IMG/VR virus record: IMGVR_UViG_3300037634_006017
Span: 1-25,602 of that record
Strand: one strand, 5' to 3'
From: a virus
Taxonomy: Duplodnaviria; Caudoviricetes
DNA length: 25,602 nt
Under the pieces are notes generated by a model. It had not been told where the DNA came from and ran no database searches. It worked only from the letters and a program-made list of their open reading frames with translations. A program made the position numbers and the translations under genes. Shown piece after piece: positions 8,241 through 17,869 of the stretch (positions are counted from its first letter, which is position 1; each line of letters opens with the position of its first letter).

Positions 8241-11200
8241 TTAGCCTTCTACTATATTTAACTCTGTAAGATTTCCGTAGCTTCCACTCACTGGATCATA
8301 CATATGAGATTGTGATCTATAATTCATCCTGCTGCCTCCACTAACCTCCATCACACTTGAAGTAATTGTTGCATTTTTACTAGCTAGTCCCGTACTTATA
8401 TCTTTAAAGAATCTAAATACAGCCTTTAAATCATTAGAATCTAATTGTGCATCTCCATATTTAGTCTGTATTACAGCTTTATTATAGTTCGTGATATCTC
8501 TAATAGAAATGTCCTCAAACACTATAAACTTAGTATTACTTCCCTGAGAAGCAAATAATTCTAGTGTATATTTTTGATTTGTTCTGTGTACTTTTCCAAA
8601 ATTCTGTAAGTAGTCCCCTGTTGGAGTAAGTGCTTTGTTATTTTTTGTTGTAAACCTAAACTTAAGCTCCTGTAAAGTATTCTCATTTATATTAGCTATA
8701 GCTTGGGGGTTTGATCCAGGAATAACGGTCTCTACAAAAAGAGGCTCCCAACACCTTCTGTCATAAACATCAACAGTAATTGGTGCCAGATCATTAGATC
8801 CTCCCTCCCCAGATCCCGTCATGCTGTCTAAGTTCTTTACAGCAAATTCTTGGTTCTGTGCTAAATTTCTGACTTGGTTTATTCCGTTAGCAACAAAAGC
8901 GGTAGTGTCATAGGAGTCCCACTTATCTAGATGCACACCACACTCATCATTAATCCCTAAAGGAGAGTAAGACCAGATCTTATTATTTTCAGGTTCTGTG
9001 TGTATCCAAAACCCCAAAGATAGCCCCCCAGTCAGAGAGCTGCTAACGTCCATGCAATGAGCCTTAACCGTAACCTCGTACTCATGCTCTGGCTCTAAGA
9101 AGTTTCTAGACTTGTTAGTTAGATCAGAGTTATCAATCTTTATCCTAACCCTAGGCAATCTATCGCTTCCCTCTGGGCAGTGATATTTAATGATTTGGTT
9201 ATTTATTAAATATTTAGCAAAGGAGTATTTATTTTGATCATTTCTAGATAAATTAAAGATTGAGAATATCGGATGACTATCAAAGGTAGAGGGGGTAGAG
9301 GTATCCACCAACTCAACAGCACTAACCAAGTGATTATTTCTAAACTCTGGGTTTGTTAGATATACATCAGAAGCATCAGATGCGGTATATGTTCCCACAT
9401 CTGCATGAGTACCCGAAACTCCCGATGCACTAAGCACCCCGCTTCCTCCATAATACGACAAATCAACTTCGTATACAGGAGAACTTGCAGCAAAATACCC
9501 GCTAGTTCCTAATGCAGATCCGTCAATATCAAAATTAGAGTTATAAATTAATGGTCCAAAAGTATGGCTAAACAAGTTAGGAATACCCATTAAGTTATAG
9601 TTATTGTTAGTACCGTGGCCTCCGTATAAGCTGTTGTATACGTTATAAAATGCAGACACCTTTCTTCCAAAAGTAAAGTGTTCATAATAATTTAAGGATT
9701 GATCTTCGGCCTCACTATTTATTAGGTAGTTTCCAATTGATCTTGGTACATCTATTCCTCCATAAAGAGCAGCTTCCCCATACCAAGAACTAAAATTAAC
9801 AGGATTTATGAGATTACTACTAACGGGCCAAGAAACATTCCTACTTCCGTCCTCATTAAAGTAACCCGAAACTATGGAGCTTGCCTGTAAATATTTCTCT
9901 GCATCGTGTATCTTGTTCATCATATAGAGAATTTCAGGCAATTGCCCTCTTCTACCGTAGGTTACACAAGAAGATGTTGGTACGTTTTGTTTAACTCTAG
10001 AAGCAAAAGTATTACTTATGTCGTACCCAAACATAGAGCTTGGGGATAACAGGTTCTGGCATATGTCCCATACTGGGTGGAGGTTGGAGGTATCTATCAG
10101 TTCCCCGATTCCGTTGCCCCAATCATTTTGTCTCTTAGCTACTTCTTTAAAATCCATTGATGAGGGTATAAACCCTAAAGGTAAATAACCTAGAGAAGAG
10201 GAATAGTAAGTGGTGGATAGTTCTAAACTTCCTGGATTATTCTTCCCCCCTCTAGTGAACATCTTGTTCTCTGGGAGAAGGTTGTGGAAGTTTCTCCTAC
10301 GCAATGAGTTTCTTGGGACTGATGATATAAAGGAGGTGTTTCCAGATAGCAATACATCGTTTATATTATTTACATCTGTTCTATGGAACCTTTTAGGGGT
10401 AAGTCCGTTGGCGGCGGCAAGAGCCTCCATGTCTAAGGCACAAGTCCCATAATTGGTAGTAACGTGGGCTGATCCTTCATACAGATTATTAAAATTAGGT
10501 CTCCACTCTCGGCAATCATTATCAGCCAAGGCATCCAAAGCATCTGCTACATCAGACACGGAAAGCAAAACACGAGACACAGCATGAGCAGGTATTACTT
10601 GATCTAATACTCTCATTACTTTTGTCATTCCATACTTCGACGTAGAGTTAAGCTGCTGCGATGACCAATCAAAGGTACTAGAATCGAAGGACATTAAGAA
10701 GTGAGAAGACTTGCCGTTCCACATACTTAACAGGCTTACGGGATCTGGTGTCTTCTGCTTAGTTGCGTTCTTTAATATAGTATTATAATTTGGTGGATAC
10801 TGCTTGTCTTTTGTAAAGATTAAAAAGTTATTAATAACTTTTGAAAGATCAACACTGTTTATAAGATTATCATTTAAGTACTTTCGTACTTCCTCTGCAA
10901 AGTTCTTATCCACGCCATAACAGATTAAATAATATTTAATTCTATCTAGCATATTATCTGTTACAAAAGTTTGTGTGTAATACTGCCTCTTCTCATAGGG
11001 AGGTACTAAATAAGGTCTATCCCTATAGAAGAATACAAAATTAGGATCATAATCTAAAACTAGGTCCTCAGAGCTAGAAGTGTGTACATCCCCCGTCATA
11101 AATGTGGGCCAATTATAATCATTAGGATCATACTCACCACTAGGGGGCATTATATGATAAACACCTGTATAGGCTTCTCCATCTAAAAGAAGCTTAGGTT

Positions 11201-12710
11201 GGGGGAAGGGCTCACCAGCTAACAAGAAGCTATTTGGAAATTCTCGAACCAAATCAAACAGAATCTTATCTACCAAATACTTAATATTGGTATCCATACT
11301 ATTCGGAGAATAGTTAGCCACTCCAAACTGCCGCGCCAGCGCGGGGGTATAAACATCCAAACTATCTAAAGCGGGGGAACTTGTAGCTAAAGAATAGTAG
11401 AGTATATCAGGAATATAGGATTCCCACAACTCAGATAAAGTATCGCTAGTAGTTACATTAAAGACTCCTGTAGAGAATAAAGTATCCAACAAATATTGAA
11501 TAGATCTACGGGTGCCCTTCATCTTATAAATGTCTACAGCGTTTCTAAGTTGAACTCTCCACTTATCAACATCAGCCCCTATAAACTGCCATCCAATAAG
11601 CTCTCCTAGTAACTCTAAAAACTCATCAGGGCATTTGCCTATATCGTAAAGAACCCCTATCTCGTTATGCTCAGTCAGCCTGTCGCTCATACAGAAAGAC
11701 ATGGCCTGTAAGAATCTAGTAAGGGGTCCTGCCTCCTCAGTATCCGTTATAAGGACACCATCATCACTTACTGTTGAAGTTGCAAAGTAATTACTGAAGG
11801 AATCTTCTACCTTAGTATCTGGGGTGTCCATAAACTGCGGAGAGTATACCACGCTGTTAAGTGTTTGAAGTCTATCTAATAATTGGGTTCCGCTAGTCCA
11901 TGTTCCAGCACTAATGTCTACAGAAGAAGTATAGTGCTGTGGTGTAATCCTATCTGATAACCCCCAATACTGCTCGTTCTTCCAAAGATACTCTTGATAA
12001 ATATTAAGAGTATCTTCTAATTCTACGGATCTTCCCTGCCAAAGAGTGTCCGTAAGCAATGTGGCTATGGAGTTAGATGGATCAAATCCACCTGCTGGTC
12101 CGCCTCTATTTAGGAAATAAACCCACCCTAGATTATTAGCCAAGTACTTGTATGTCCCTGAAGAATCATTAGCGTAAGCACTGGCCGTTAGGGTAGCTAA
12201 GTCCTTGTCCGCCGTTGTAACAGCAGGGATAGATGGTAGAAATGTTCCACTAATATATGACAAGAAGGCTTCGCTTGTGCTGTATTCAGAATACTTCCTA
12301 CCTAGGGGAAATAATATATTTCTTTGGAAATCATCAGGACGTATCTCAGCAGGAGCATTTTGTTTATAGAAATATTTAGCAAACCCTTTTGGTGTGCCTA
12401 TAGAAGATAAGTAAGTATCATATGTTAATGCAGACACAGGCAGAATAGTGTTCTGATTTTTATTAGCTAGTATATGTGAATTTATTAACTGATTTGGATA
12501 AGATACATGCGTTCCACTTATAGTCTGCTCGTCTGCAAAGTAGAACTTGGGAATAATCTTCTTTAGAGCATCTAAATAATTTCTCTTAAAATACGTCTGT
12601 GGAGAACTTATATTTTGGACATTATTTTTAGATGAGACTACTGAAACTATTTCAGGAATAATCTTATCTAAATCATTGAACCTAGATTTTTTTACATATC
12701 TTCTTGCCAT
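8241..12710 (-). CDS. Large baseplate wedge protein, P2 gpI / T4 gp7-like core with long extensions (1489 aa)
   Basis: LYDIGKCPDEFLELLGELIGW...WRVQLRNAVDIYKMKGTRRSIQYLL (from about aa 354) and RVLDQVIPAH (about aa 700-709) are hallmark gpI-family motifs. It lies directly downstream of the gp6/gpJ-like gene with a TAATG overlap. Confidence 0.8.
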   Translation of the reverse strand: MARRYVKKSRFNDLDKIIPEIVSVVSSKNNVQNISSPQTYFKRNYLDALKKIIPKFYFADEQTISGTHVSYPNQLINSHILANKNQNTILPVSALTYDTYLSSIGTPKGFAKYFYKQNAPAEIRPDDFQRNILFPLGRKYSEYSTSEAFLSYISGTFLPSIPAVTTADKDLATLTASAYANDSSGTYKYLANNLGWVYFLNRGGPAGGFDPSNSIATLLTDTLWQGRSVELEDTLNIYQEYLWKNEQYWGLSDRITPQHYTSSVDISAGTWTSGTQLLDRLQTLNSVVYSPQFMDTPDTKVEDSFSNYFATSTVSDDGVLITDTEEAGPLTRFLQAMSFCMSDRLTEHNEIGVLYDIGKCPDEFLELLGELIGWQFIGADVDKWRVQLRNAVDIYKMKGTRRSIQYLLDTLFSTGVFNVTTSDTLSELWESYIPDILYYSLATSSPALDSLDVYTPALARQFGVANYSPNSMDTNIKYLVDKILFDLVREFPNSFLLAGEPFPQPKLLLDGEAYTGVYHIMPPSGEYDPNDYNWPTFMTGDVHTSSSEDLVLDYDPNFVFFYRDRPYLVPPYEKRQYYTQTFVTDNMLDRIKYYLICYGVDKNFAEEVRKYLNDNLINSVDLSKVINNFLIFTKDKQYPPNYNTILKNATKQKTPDPVSLLSMWNGKSSHFLMSFDSSTFDWSSQQLNSTSKYGMTKVMRVLDQVIPAHAVSRVLLSVSDVADALDALADNDCREWRPNFNNLYEGSAHVTTNYGTCALDMEALAAANGLTPKRFHRTDVNNINDVLLSGNTSFISSVPRNSLRRRNFHNLLPENKMFTRGGKNNPGSLELSTTYYSSSLGYLPLGFIPSSMDFKEVAKRQNDWGNGIGELIDTSNLHPVWDICQNLLSPSSMFGYDISNTFASRVKQNVPTSSCVTYGRRGQLPEILYMMNKIHDAEKYLQASSIVSGYFNEDGSRNVSWPVSSNLINPVNFSSWYGEAALYGGIDVPRSIGNYLINSEAEDQSLNYYEHFTFGRKVSAFYNVYNSLYGGHGTNNNYNLMGIPNLFSHTFGPLIYNSNFDIDGSALGTSGYFAASSPVYEVDLSYYGGSGVLSASGVSGTHADVGTYTASDASDVYLTNPEFRNNHLVSAVELVDTSTPSTFDSHPIFSIFNLSRNDQNKYSFAKYLINNQIIKYHCPEGSDRLPRVRIKIDNSDLTNKSRNFLEPEHEYEVTVKAHCMDVSSSLTGGLSLGFWIHTEPENNKIWSYSPLGINDECGVHLDKWDSYDTTAFVANGINQVRNLAQNQEFAVKNLDSMTGSGEGGSNDLAPITVDVYDRRCWEPLFVETVIPGSNPQAIANINENTLQELKFRFTTKNNKALTPTGDYLQNFGKVHRTNQKYTLELFASQGSNTKFIVFEDISIRDITNYNKAVIQTKYGDAQLDSNDLKAVFRFFKDISTGLASKNATITSSVMEVSGGSRMNYRSQSHMYDPVSGSYGNLTELNIVEG

Positions 12711-14329
12711 TAAATTAGAACAGTATTTATTGTAAAGTTATTTAATTGAATAATTTCATTAAAATCTACTTCGGTTATTTCTGGTAGATTATCCACGGTG
12801 GAGTATCGCACGTTAGGTAGTCTGAATATTTCTCTACTAAGCTCAGTAGAGATAAAGGCTTTTCCAAAATCAGTATTATCCAATAAGAAGTGATTACGAA
12901 TAACTCCAGCAACTTCTTGCTCCACTGTACTTTGGAAGTTTTCTAATTCTCTATCTATGCGTATAGTTACTACTATATCTAATGTCCTAATAAGGCCATC
13001 TACCACGGCTATCTCATCAGTTAACATCTTCTTAGGTTCTATTTCTGCTAATAAAGATTCTTTAAATGTAGTTGAGGCTTTCTGTAGTCTAAGCTCATCT
13101 AGCTTTTCTAACACATATACATCAATAATGTTTGCGGAAGAGAAAGCATCTCGGACGGCAGCGGTCGTCTTTCCTATAGTTCCTTGTTTACTTCTAAAAG
13201 TATTTCCTATAGCAATAAAGTCCTGTAAAGTTACTACCCTGTCTTGCCTTCTAAACGTATAGGGGGCGTATTTTTTTGCATGTTCGGAGGTCTCAGCTTC
13301 CGACCCACCAGTTGCAGCAGTTACGTTCTCCGTAGTAAATGTTACGGGGTCGCTATTATCATTACGTTCCCCAGTAGTCTCCACGTTAATAAACTCAGCA
13401 CCAATATTGCCCCGACTTCCTCCCCCAGTCCTATAGGTTACGGTGAAGTCAGCCCCAGCAGGTGGGGAAATACCTAATGCGTTGTCTCCAAAAAGTAAAG
13501 TAGCAGCATAAGAATCGTCATAAATTACTTGAAAAATCTTATCCGTTCCTCCTGAAGCCGAGTATAGCCTTTCAACTTGCGTATATGCTCCTCTCGCAGC
13601 ATCATCAGCATTTGGAGTATTTATAAATACCTGTATGCTCCCTTCGATTATGGGGTTATCCGTCAAAGATATTCTCTTGTTACCCTCTAAAGTATCGAAG
13701 ACTCCCTTTTGTATACTTAAAGACCCCTCCAGCATTGCCACGTTCGTAAATACAGAACTAGGATCTCCTACTCCTGCATTATCAGCCTCGCTACCTGCCA
13801 ACTCAAAACTAGCATTAGTATTTTGTATATCTTGAATAGCATTATTTTCTATTTTATAAAGAGAATAATTAACAGGCGCACCATCATCCTTTGAAGTAAT
13901 AGCAAAAACTCTAGATGTGGGAGGAAACTGTATTGGGTATGCGGCTGCGGATTGGTTTACTGTTGCTGTAAGTTTAGCAGATGCCGCAGAACCTAGTGGT
14001 CCTCGCATGTCAACACCCACAAGCTCAAGCAGCTTTTTTAAATTTTCTCTGCTCTTTACAGTTCTTAAATAGTTTTCGTTTGCAAGCATATCTCCCTTTA
14101 GAGACATTACCGCTCCCATATATGCAACTACTTCAATAAGCATTAAGCCCAAATCAGACTCTGAGTAGTTCTGGTAGTCCTCAGGGTATACTGCTTTTAT
14201 GTAGTCTAGAAGGTCTTCTCTGATTGTATAGAAGTCCGTACCTGCATAATCAATATATTGTTGCTTTTTCCGATCAGGGATCGAAGATAGCTTCATAAAA
14301 TCTGTGCTTACTGTTCCTGAAAATGCCAT
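12710..14329 (-). CDS. Baseplate wedge protein, T4 gp6 / P2 gpJ-like (539 aa)
   Basis: Motifs IDYAGTDFYTIREDLLDYIK...ESDLGLMLIEVVAY...NENYLRTVKSRENL, FGDNALGISPP...VTYRTGGGSRGN and GGSEAET...RQDRVVTLQDF. It follows the gp25-like gene. Confidence 0.9.
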   Translation of the reverse strand: MAFSGTVSTDFMKLSSIPDRKKQQYIDYAGTDFYTIREDLLDYIKAVYPEDYQNYSESDLGLMLIEVVAYMGAVMSLKGDMLANENYLRTVKSRENLKKLLELVGVDMRGPLGSAASAKLTATVNQSAAAYPIQFPPTSRVFAITSKDDGAPVNYSLYKIENNAIQDIQNTNASFELAGSEADNAGVGDPSSVFTNVAMLEGSLSIQKGVFDTLEGNKRISLTDNPIIEGSIQVFINTPNADDAARGAYTQVERLYSASGGTDKIFQVIYDDSYAATLLFGDNALGISPPAGADFTVTYRTGGGSRGNIGAEFINVETTGERNDNSDPVTFTTENVTAATGGSEAETSEHAKKYAPYTFRRQDRVVTLQDFIAIGNTFRSKQGTIGKTTAAVRDAFSSANIIDVYVLEKLDELRLQKASTTFKESLLAEIEPKKMLTDEIAVVDGLIRTLDIVVTIRIDRELENFQSTVEQEVAGVIRNHFLLDNTDFGKAFISTELSREIFRLPNVRYSTVDNLPEITEVDFNEIIQLNNFTINTVLI

Positions 14330-14832
14330 TATCTTACACCAACTTCCACATCAAATATATCTAAAGATTCGTCTAATAGTTGAAGTGTTAGATTTACCAT
14401 CAACTCACTCCTGTTAGATTGAAGCTCATTAGAGAATACTTTTAAATTCAAAACCCTTACAATACTAAAATATTTATTTAAAGTTTTTAAAATATCATTT
14501 CTTATTAAGAAGTAAGTAGTTTCATCTAGTGGCTCAAAAACATACCTCTTCAGGGACATACCATAATCTGGCAGCATAATTCTTTCTCCCTTTTCGCACA
14601 GGAGAAGCTGTCTAAGATTATTTCTAATTAAATTAACCCCATAAGACTTACTAAAATAGCCTCCTTCGCTTGAGTTGTTCTGGAGGACAGCAGGACTACC
14701 TGTTACCTTAGAGAATGATCCCGTCAAAGGATAAGAAAAACCACTACGCCTCTTGTGCTTTGAGACAGCGACCTTTTTGACAGCTAGGCTTAGTGTAGCC
14801 CCGTAAGTGTTATGTGTTGTTGTTACAGCCAT
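14329..14832 (-). CDS. Baseplate wedge / sheath-initiator protein, T4 gp25 / P2 gpW-like (167 aa)
   Basis: LIRNNLRQLLLCEKGERIMLPDYGMSLKRYVFEP matches the GER...PxYG..L...FEP signature. Canonical position before gp6/J. Confidence 0.9.
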   Translation of the reverse strand: MAVTTTHNTYGATLSLAVKKVAVSKHKRRSGFSYPLTGSFSKVTGSPAVLQNNSSEGGYFSKSYGVNLIRNNLRQLLLCEKGERIMLPDYGMSLKRYVFEPLDETTYFLIRNDILKTLNKYFSIVRVLNLKVFSNELQSNRSELMVNLTLQLLDESLDIFDVEVGVR

Positions 14833-17800
14833 TATGTTCTAATATTTTCAAAAAATCCTTTTTGGGCGTTATAATTCTTAAGGGCGTCAGAAGAAGTTAT
14901 AGCCTTGTTATATAGCTTTAGACTACCTAAGAACCCATGCAATCCACTTTTTTTACCACCCCACTTGCCTCCCATAAAATTCATACCTTCGTTAGAGTTA
15001 GGTACATACAAATTAGTTAAAGCTTTTGTATGCATCCCGTCCGTGTAACCTCCTCCAATCATCCAAGGAGTTAGAGACATTCCACCATTTCCCTGTGGTA
15101 CAGGACCGTTCCAATACCAGAAATCCCTGTATCCTAAGGATTGGGGAGGAAATCCAGGAGCATTCGGAGGAAGATCATCCTTAAACTCTACATCGTAATT
15201 AAAAGATTTGGTATCAACCATACTTGGAATATTAGGAGAGCCTCGTGCCCCAAACACACTTTTTACACTTTGAGACTTTAATAAGTTACCGTTCAAATAT
15301 ATACTAACAAGATCCTGGGAATAATCAACAGTTACAGTAGTTAGTACAAAAGTTGCGGAGCAGTCATTCAACTTATCTCCGTTAGACGTTACCGTTGAAG
15401 TATCAACTGAAATTCCATAATATCCGCTTGCGGGGACCTTATCTTGAGCACAGTACTCACCATCTGCGGAGGCAGCAAGAAAAGTTATTCCACTAGTATT
15501 GATGGATTGGGTTGGGCTCATGTGAAACATAAGACCGTCTGTAATAGCATTATCGCTGGGATTATTAGTTGGGGCTGCGCCTTGCGTTATTCTTCTATCT
15601 CTAGTGAAGCCCATCAACAAACCCCTAACTACTTTCGACCCGTACTGGGGACCAGCGACCCAATTATCATTTAAAGAAGAAAAATCTCCACCCCTATTTT
15701 CACACCCTAAAACAACCCTGTGAAGGGAGGATAAAGAATTATCAGAATTCCAACCTAATCCTGTGGGGGTTCCTAAATCAGGTACATGGGACCAGAACTC
15801 AAACGTAGCTCCTCTATTATTATAAAGAAGACTATCAATATCGTCCCAACCACTTTGTATTCTACCATATCCATAAGGTCTAAAAGGAGAGTATAGATAC
15901 TCATTGTTGGAAGTATAGTTATCTACTTTTGGATTTCCATCGCCATCTACGCCCGAAAAGAAATTACACACACCTCTAAAGTAGGGTATTCCTATTCCAG
16001 AAGGAAACATAGAATCAATAGAAGAGGCAACGATCTGTGCTGGCTTGTCCTCAGAGGAACTCGTAACACCGTTTATTGTAAAATATTTATCAGAATCTGG
16101 CTTTACGATATCTGCATCTAAAAAGTTATAAATTGCAACTAATCCCTCAGTTGTAATTCTATCATCTAAGGATAATACAGTTCCACTAGTTCCACCTACG
16201 GGATAGTCTGAGGTTATTATGTTTCCAACCCCTACAGGAGGTACTAATAGCTCATTGGCAGTAAAAGCATCCTGTGGTATGTCACTTTTAATAAACTCAG
16301 GACACAGAGGCAAAACTATGCCTGATACCTCCCCTGGCCTAAATATTAAAGTTTCCTGCTTACCTCGTTCTATAGCAAGCTTCCCAGAATCTAATGTTTT
16401 GAAATCATTTATTGGAATTTCACCCTTTTTAGCGGGAGCATCGCTGGGAGACAGGAGGACATGAACTTGAATTTGCTTTTTTCTTCTATTTATTTTTGAA
16501 TCATGCGTAGAAATTTTAGCGTATAGTATTTGTCTTTGATTACTAAGAAGGGCACTGTCCTCTGCATACCCACTGGCTTGCAACTCCCCGATATAAGCAG
16601 ATAGGTCATATATCTCCCTATTCCTTTGGTCGGTGAGTACCTGCAAGAACTGGTCATCATCATAAAACCCCTGCATTTGAGGACTTTCGTCTATCTGGTC
16701 CGTATCGAATGCAGTATCAGCCCATTTATTGAAAGTACTCCAAGTTACAATTTCACCCTTACCACCAATATTAGGATTATGCTCGTGTGTCCACTCTAAC
16801 ATCTTAGGAGGAACCCCAGTTCCAGCAATCGGATTCCCATCGGTATCGTAATATACGGCAGAAACTATATTACTAATACATCCAGTATAATCTAGCCCTC
16901 CTCCATAGGAATCATAATATACACCCGTCTTTGAAAATAGGAACTGACCCTTTAAAGATTTTGGAGGCAGCATACCACTTGCATTAACAATGTCCGTAAA
17001 AGGATTTATATCCCCATCTAAAGGTACGATGGGTAATCCGTCAGGACCTAGTTGCGCCTCTATCAAATTAAACGAGGTATTACCAGCCAAAGCCTCTTCT
17101 AGGGTTTTTCCAAACCAAGGACTATTGGGATCTTCATTTACTAAATTAGAAAAGAACGCAGGTTCGGGATTATTTTTTGGATCCTTCTGCCTAGCTTGCT
17201 TTATGTCTTCAATTACTTTTACTTGGTCTAGACCTTGCTTTATGAACGCAGATGCTTGCTCCATAACTTCTTTGTTGTCGTCAAACACCTTACTAGCGGC
17301 CTCTAACGCAGGAGGGGGGGCTGGGAACTCACCAACTGGAAGACCCGTGACTGGATCTATCATAGAAAAGCCAGCGATTTTATCCGCTATAGCAGAGGGA
17401 CCTTTCTGTAGGGCAGAAAAAGAAGATAATTGATCAATACAGTTTTTAATCTCATCAATCTGATCTAATACATTTTCCCCAATTACCCAAGCTTCGGCTC
17501 CAAACCCTATAATGGTTCCCAAGCCATATAAATCATTAACCCCTTGGAGGAGATCTTGCTCAACTCCCATATTAGACGAACTAGACACAAAAACAAATCT
17601 ACCAAGGTTGGTATCATACTCAACAATACCCGTATCTAAGAATACTCTGCGTGTTATGTCCTTAAATATGGAATCTGCTAGGGCTACTCCGTCCTTTATT
17701 CCCATGTTAATAGAATTAAGCACAGGGGAGGGAAAAGCTGCTAATGCTTCTTTGGCGAAGTTCATCATACATCGCGGAACCCCAAACTGTACCTGTAAAG

Positions 17801-17867
17801 CATCTAATACAGGAGTATTAGATGTTGTTATGATGGATGCGGCTTTTGAAAAATCGAATGTTGCCAT
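14832..17867 (-). CDS. Virion structural protein with helical/coiled-coil N-terminal half and C-terminal LamG / concanavalin-A-like domain (1011 aa)
   Basis: C-terminal ~440 aa carry GLVAIYNF, GATFEFWSHV, TVTVD...VSIYLNGNL, WMIGGG and GFLGSLKLYNKAITSSDALKNYNA, which are LamG-type motifs. DQRNREIYDL...HDSKINRRKKQIQV looks coiled-coil. It sits between the spike and gp25-like genes. Confidence 0.65.
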   Translation of the reverse strand: MATFDFSKAASIITTSNTPVLDALQVQFGVPRCMMNFAKEALAAFPSPVLNSINMGIKDGVALADSIFKDITRRVFLDTGIVEYDTNLGRFVFVSSSSNMGVEQDLLQGVNDLYGLGTIIGFGAEAWVIGENVLDQIDEIKNCIDQLSSFSALQKGPSAIADKIAGFSMIDPVTGLPVGEFPAPPPALEAASKVFDDNKEVMEQASAFIKQGLDQVKVIEDIKQARQKDPKNNPEPAFFSNLVNEDPNSPWFGKTLEEALAGNTSFNLIEAQLGPDGLPIVPLDGDINPFTDIVNASGMLPPKSLKGQFLFSKTGVYYDSYGGGLDYTGCISNIVSAVYYDTDGNPIAGTGVPPKMLEWTHEHNPNIGGKGEIVTWSTFNKWADTAFDTDQIDESPQMQGFYDDDQFLQVLTDQRNREIYDLSAYIGELQASGYAEDSALLSNQRQILYAKISTHDSKINRRKKQIQVHVLLSPSDAPAKKGEIPINDFKTLDSGKLAIERGKQETLIFRPGEVSGIVLPLCPEFIKSDIPQDAFTANELLVPPVGVGNIITSDYPVGGTSGTVLSLDDRITTEGLVAIYNFLDADIVKPDSDKYFTINGVTSSSEDKPAQIVASSIDSMFPSGIGIPYFRGVCNFFSGVDGDGNPKVDNYTSNNEYLYSPFRPYGYGRIQSGWDDIDSLLYNNRGATFEFWSHVPDLGTPTGLGWNSDNSLSSLHRVVLGCENRGGDFSSLNDNWVAGPQYGSKVVRGLLMGFTRDRRITQGAAPTNNPSDNAITDGLMFHMSPTQSINTSGITFLAASADGEYCAQDKVPASGYYGISVDTSTVTSNGDKLNDCSATFVLTTVTVDYSQDLVSIYLNGNLLKSQSVKSVFGARGSPNIPSMVDTKSFNYDVEFKDDLPPNAPGFPPQSLGYRDFWYWNGPVPQGNGGMSLTPWMIGGGYTDGMHTKALTNLYVPNSNEGMNFMGGKWGGKKSGLHGFLGSLKLYNKAITSSDALKNYNAQKGFFENIRT

Positions 17868-17869
17868 AA

